DNA of 64,000 nucleotides from NCBI RefSeq assembly GCF_000150275.1, contig NW_002060950.1, positions 2,034,106-2,098,105 on the forward strand. The letters run 5' to 3'. Positions within the stretch are counted from its first letter, which is position 1; the number at the start of each line of letters is the position of its first letter. A model generated the notes under the pieces. That model ran no database searches and was not told the origin of the DNA. It saw only the letters and a program-made list of their open reading frames with translations. The position numbers and the translations under genes are program-made. Positions 62,726 through 64,000 of this stretch are shown here, piece by piece. The DNA is from Trichoplax adhaerens. Taxonomy: Eukaryota > Animalia > Placozoa.

Positions 62726-64000
62726 GTAAGACAGAAAAGGATATAAAAAATTTTTTTGCCATGACCTGACAAAGTTGATGATGCTGTGTTATCCATGGCA
62801 ACAGAGATTTTGCTGTATCTTTCTTCCGCTTTTTTTGTTCGCATGTTGAAACTTTTTTTACCTATCGCATTTATCCATTGATCGATTGATTTAAATAAAG
62901 GAAAGACTGAATCACTCTGTATGCTATTAAATTCAATCAATTCTTAAAATGTGGAATTCGATTTTAATCAGTCTAATTTTCTTCTATACCTTGAATGATC
63001 AATTAACGTCTTGAGTGTTTTACCGATGGTGCTTGCTTTCCAAAGTTCATTGACATCATCAAGTTATTTCATCATCTTCATCTCATGATTACAGCATGAG
63101 CTTAATTAAAGAAATGACGATCAAATACGTTCCTCTACTAGTCCATTCCTATTTCCGTGACATGATTCCGATCTATCATTACTAATTGTTATCCTTCAAT
63201 CCTTAAAGGGGATTGTTCATGATTTTTCATTGATTCAGAAAATTTACCCGTTACCGAGGATAGATTCGATTCTCATCTATTGTCAAGAGATGCATAATAC
63301 TATCTTTCTCTATTTGGGTCGATTTTATTCCTTCTTTCTACTTTAACATCGATTGGATATTTGGTTACAATTCCTTGTCTATATATTGGACAAGATTCCT
63401 TGATTGCAATCGATTCGAGAATGCCTTTTGAACCCGATTCAAATTTGAAGCTATTTTTTCCTCATTCAATTCTGCAATTGATTAATCATGGTCATGATCC
63501 AATCCAATTTTATGCTTTGCATGACTAGAAGAATTGATGTAGTCTTTCTAGTTGACGTACATCAATCAATTAACGGAATGGATGATTTATTTACTTTATA
63601 CATGTATTTGTTAAGAAATTTCTTAACACTGTTTTAACATTGGAGTAACAATCATAACGCTTGCATATTCCGTCATGATTTATCTTCAATGCGTTGACAG
63701 TTAATATAGACCCCTACTATAACAACGAGGACTATTCTATCTTTGTCTCCATTAGTAAGATTTTCCAAGATTGGATGCAGTTTGAAGAATGAATATAAGA
63801 ATCAATTTATTGTTCAAGTCTAATGTACAACAACCACTAACTCAGTTCATGTCCTCCGTGTCATTATTCTTCATCTTTTTCCCCCATCGTCAGCAATTAT
63901 CTCTCATTTTAACTATAGCTTAATTAGAAGTGAAATTAAGAGCGGTGTAAAATAATCTAACTTTTCCATTTGAGCACAATAGCATCGAGAGAAGGCTAGA

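Overview
AT-rich, intron-dense eukaryotic (animal) genomic DNA with mostly 70-150 nt introns. The gene content and compact style suggest an early-branching metazoan such as the placozoan Trichoplax (inference, not verified). Spliced genes reconstructed by hand, left to right: nucleophosmin-like NPM (+, 2502-6528), Xaa-Pro aminopeptidase XPNPEP1 (-, 6765-11381), GRK4/5/6-type GPCR kinase (+, 21008-29078), mitofilin/IMMT/MIC60 (-, 31464-35395), CCDC142 (-, 37137-~41651), an initiator tRNA-Met (42036-42107), the SEL1-repeat protein LRP2BP (+, 43743-46133), ROMO1 (+, 49746-52146), and the first coding exon of a BMP-type TGF-beta ligand (+, 62365-62725, continuing beyond the window). There are also tandem repeats of about 135, 93, 138 and 103 bp. 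The most striking unexplained pattern is a promoter-class dichotomy. Self-complementary TACAG/CTGTA pentamer arrays sit just upstream of the six broadly expressed genes. LRP2BP instead has an RFX X-box, and the BMP gene has a TATA box and a ~10 kb upstream desert carrying a recurrent ATCGATCAATC motif. Other leads are an apparent frameshift in NPM, a T-loop-variant initiator tRNA, a possible orphan gene head-to-head with ROMO1, and a tandem array of 14-nt micro-exon-like units. Most short ORFs in the supplied track are non-coding artefacts.
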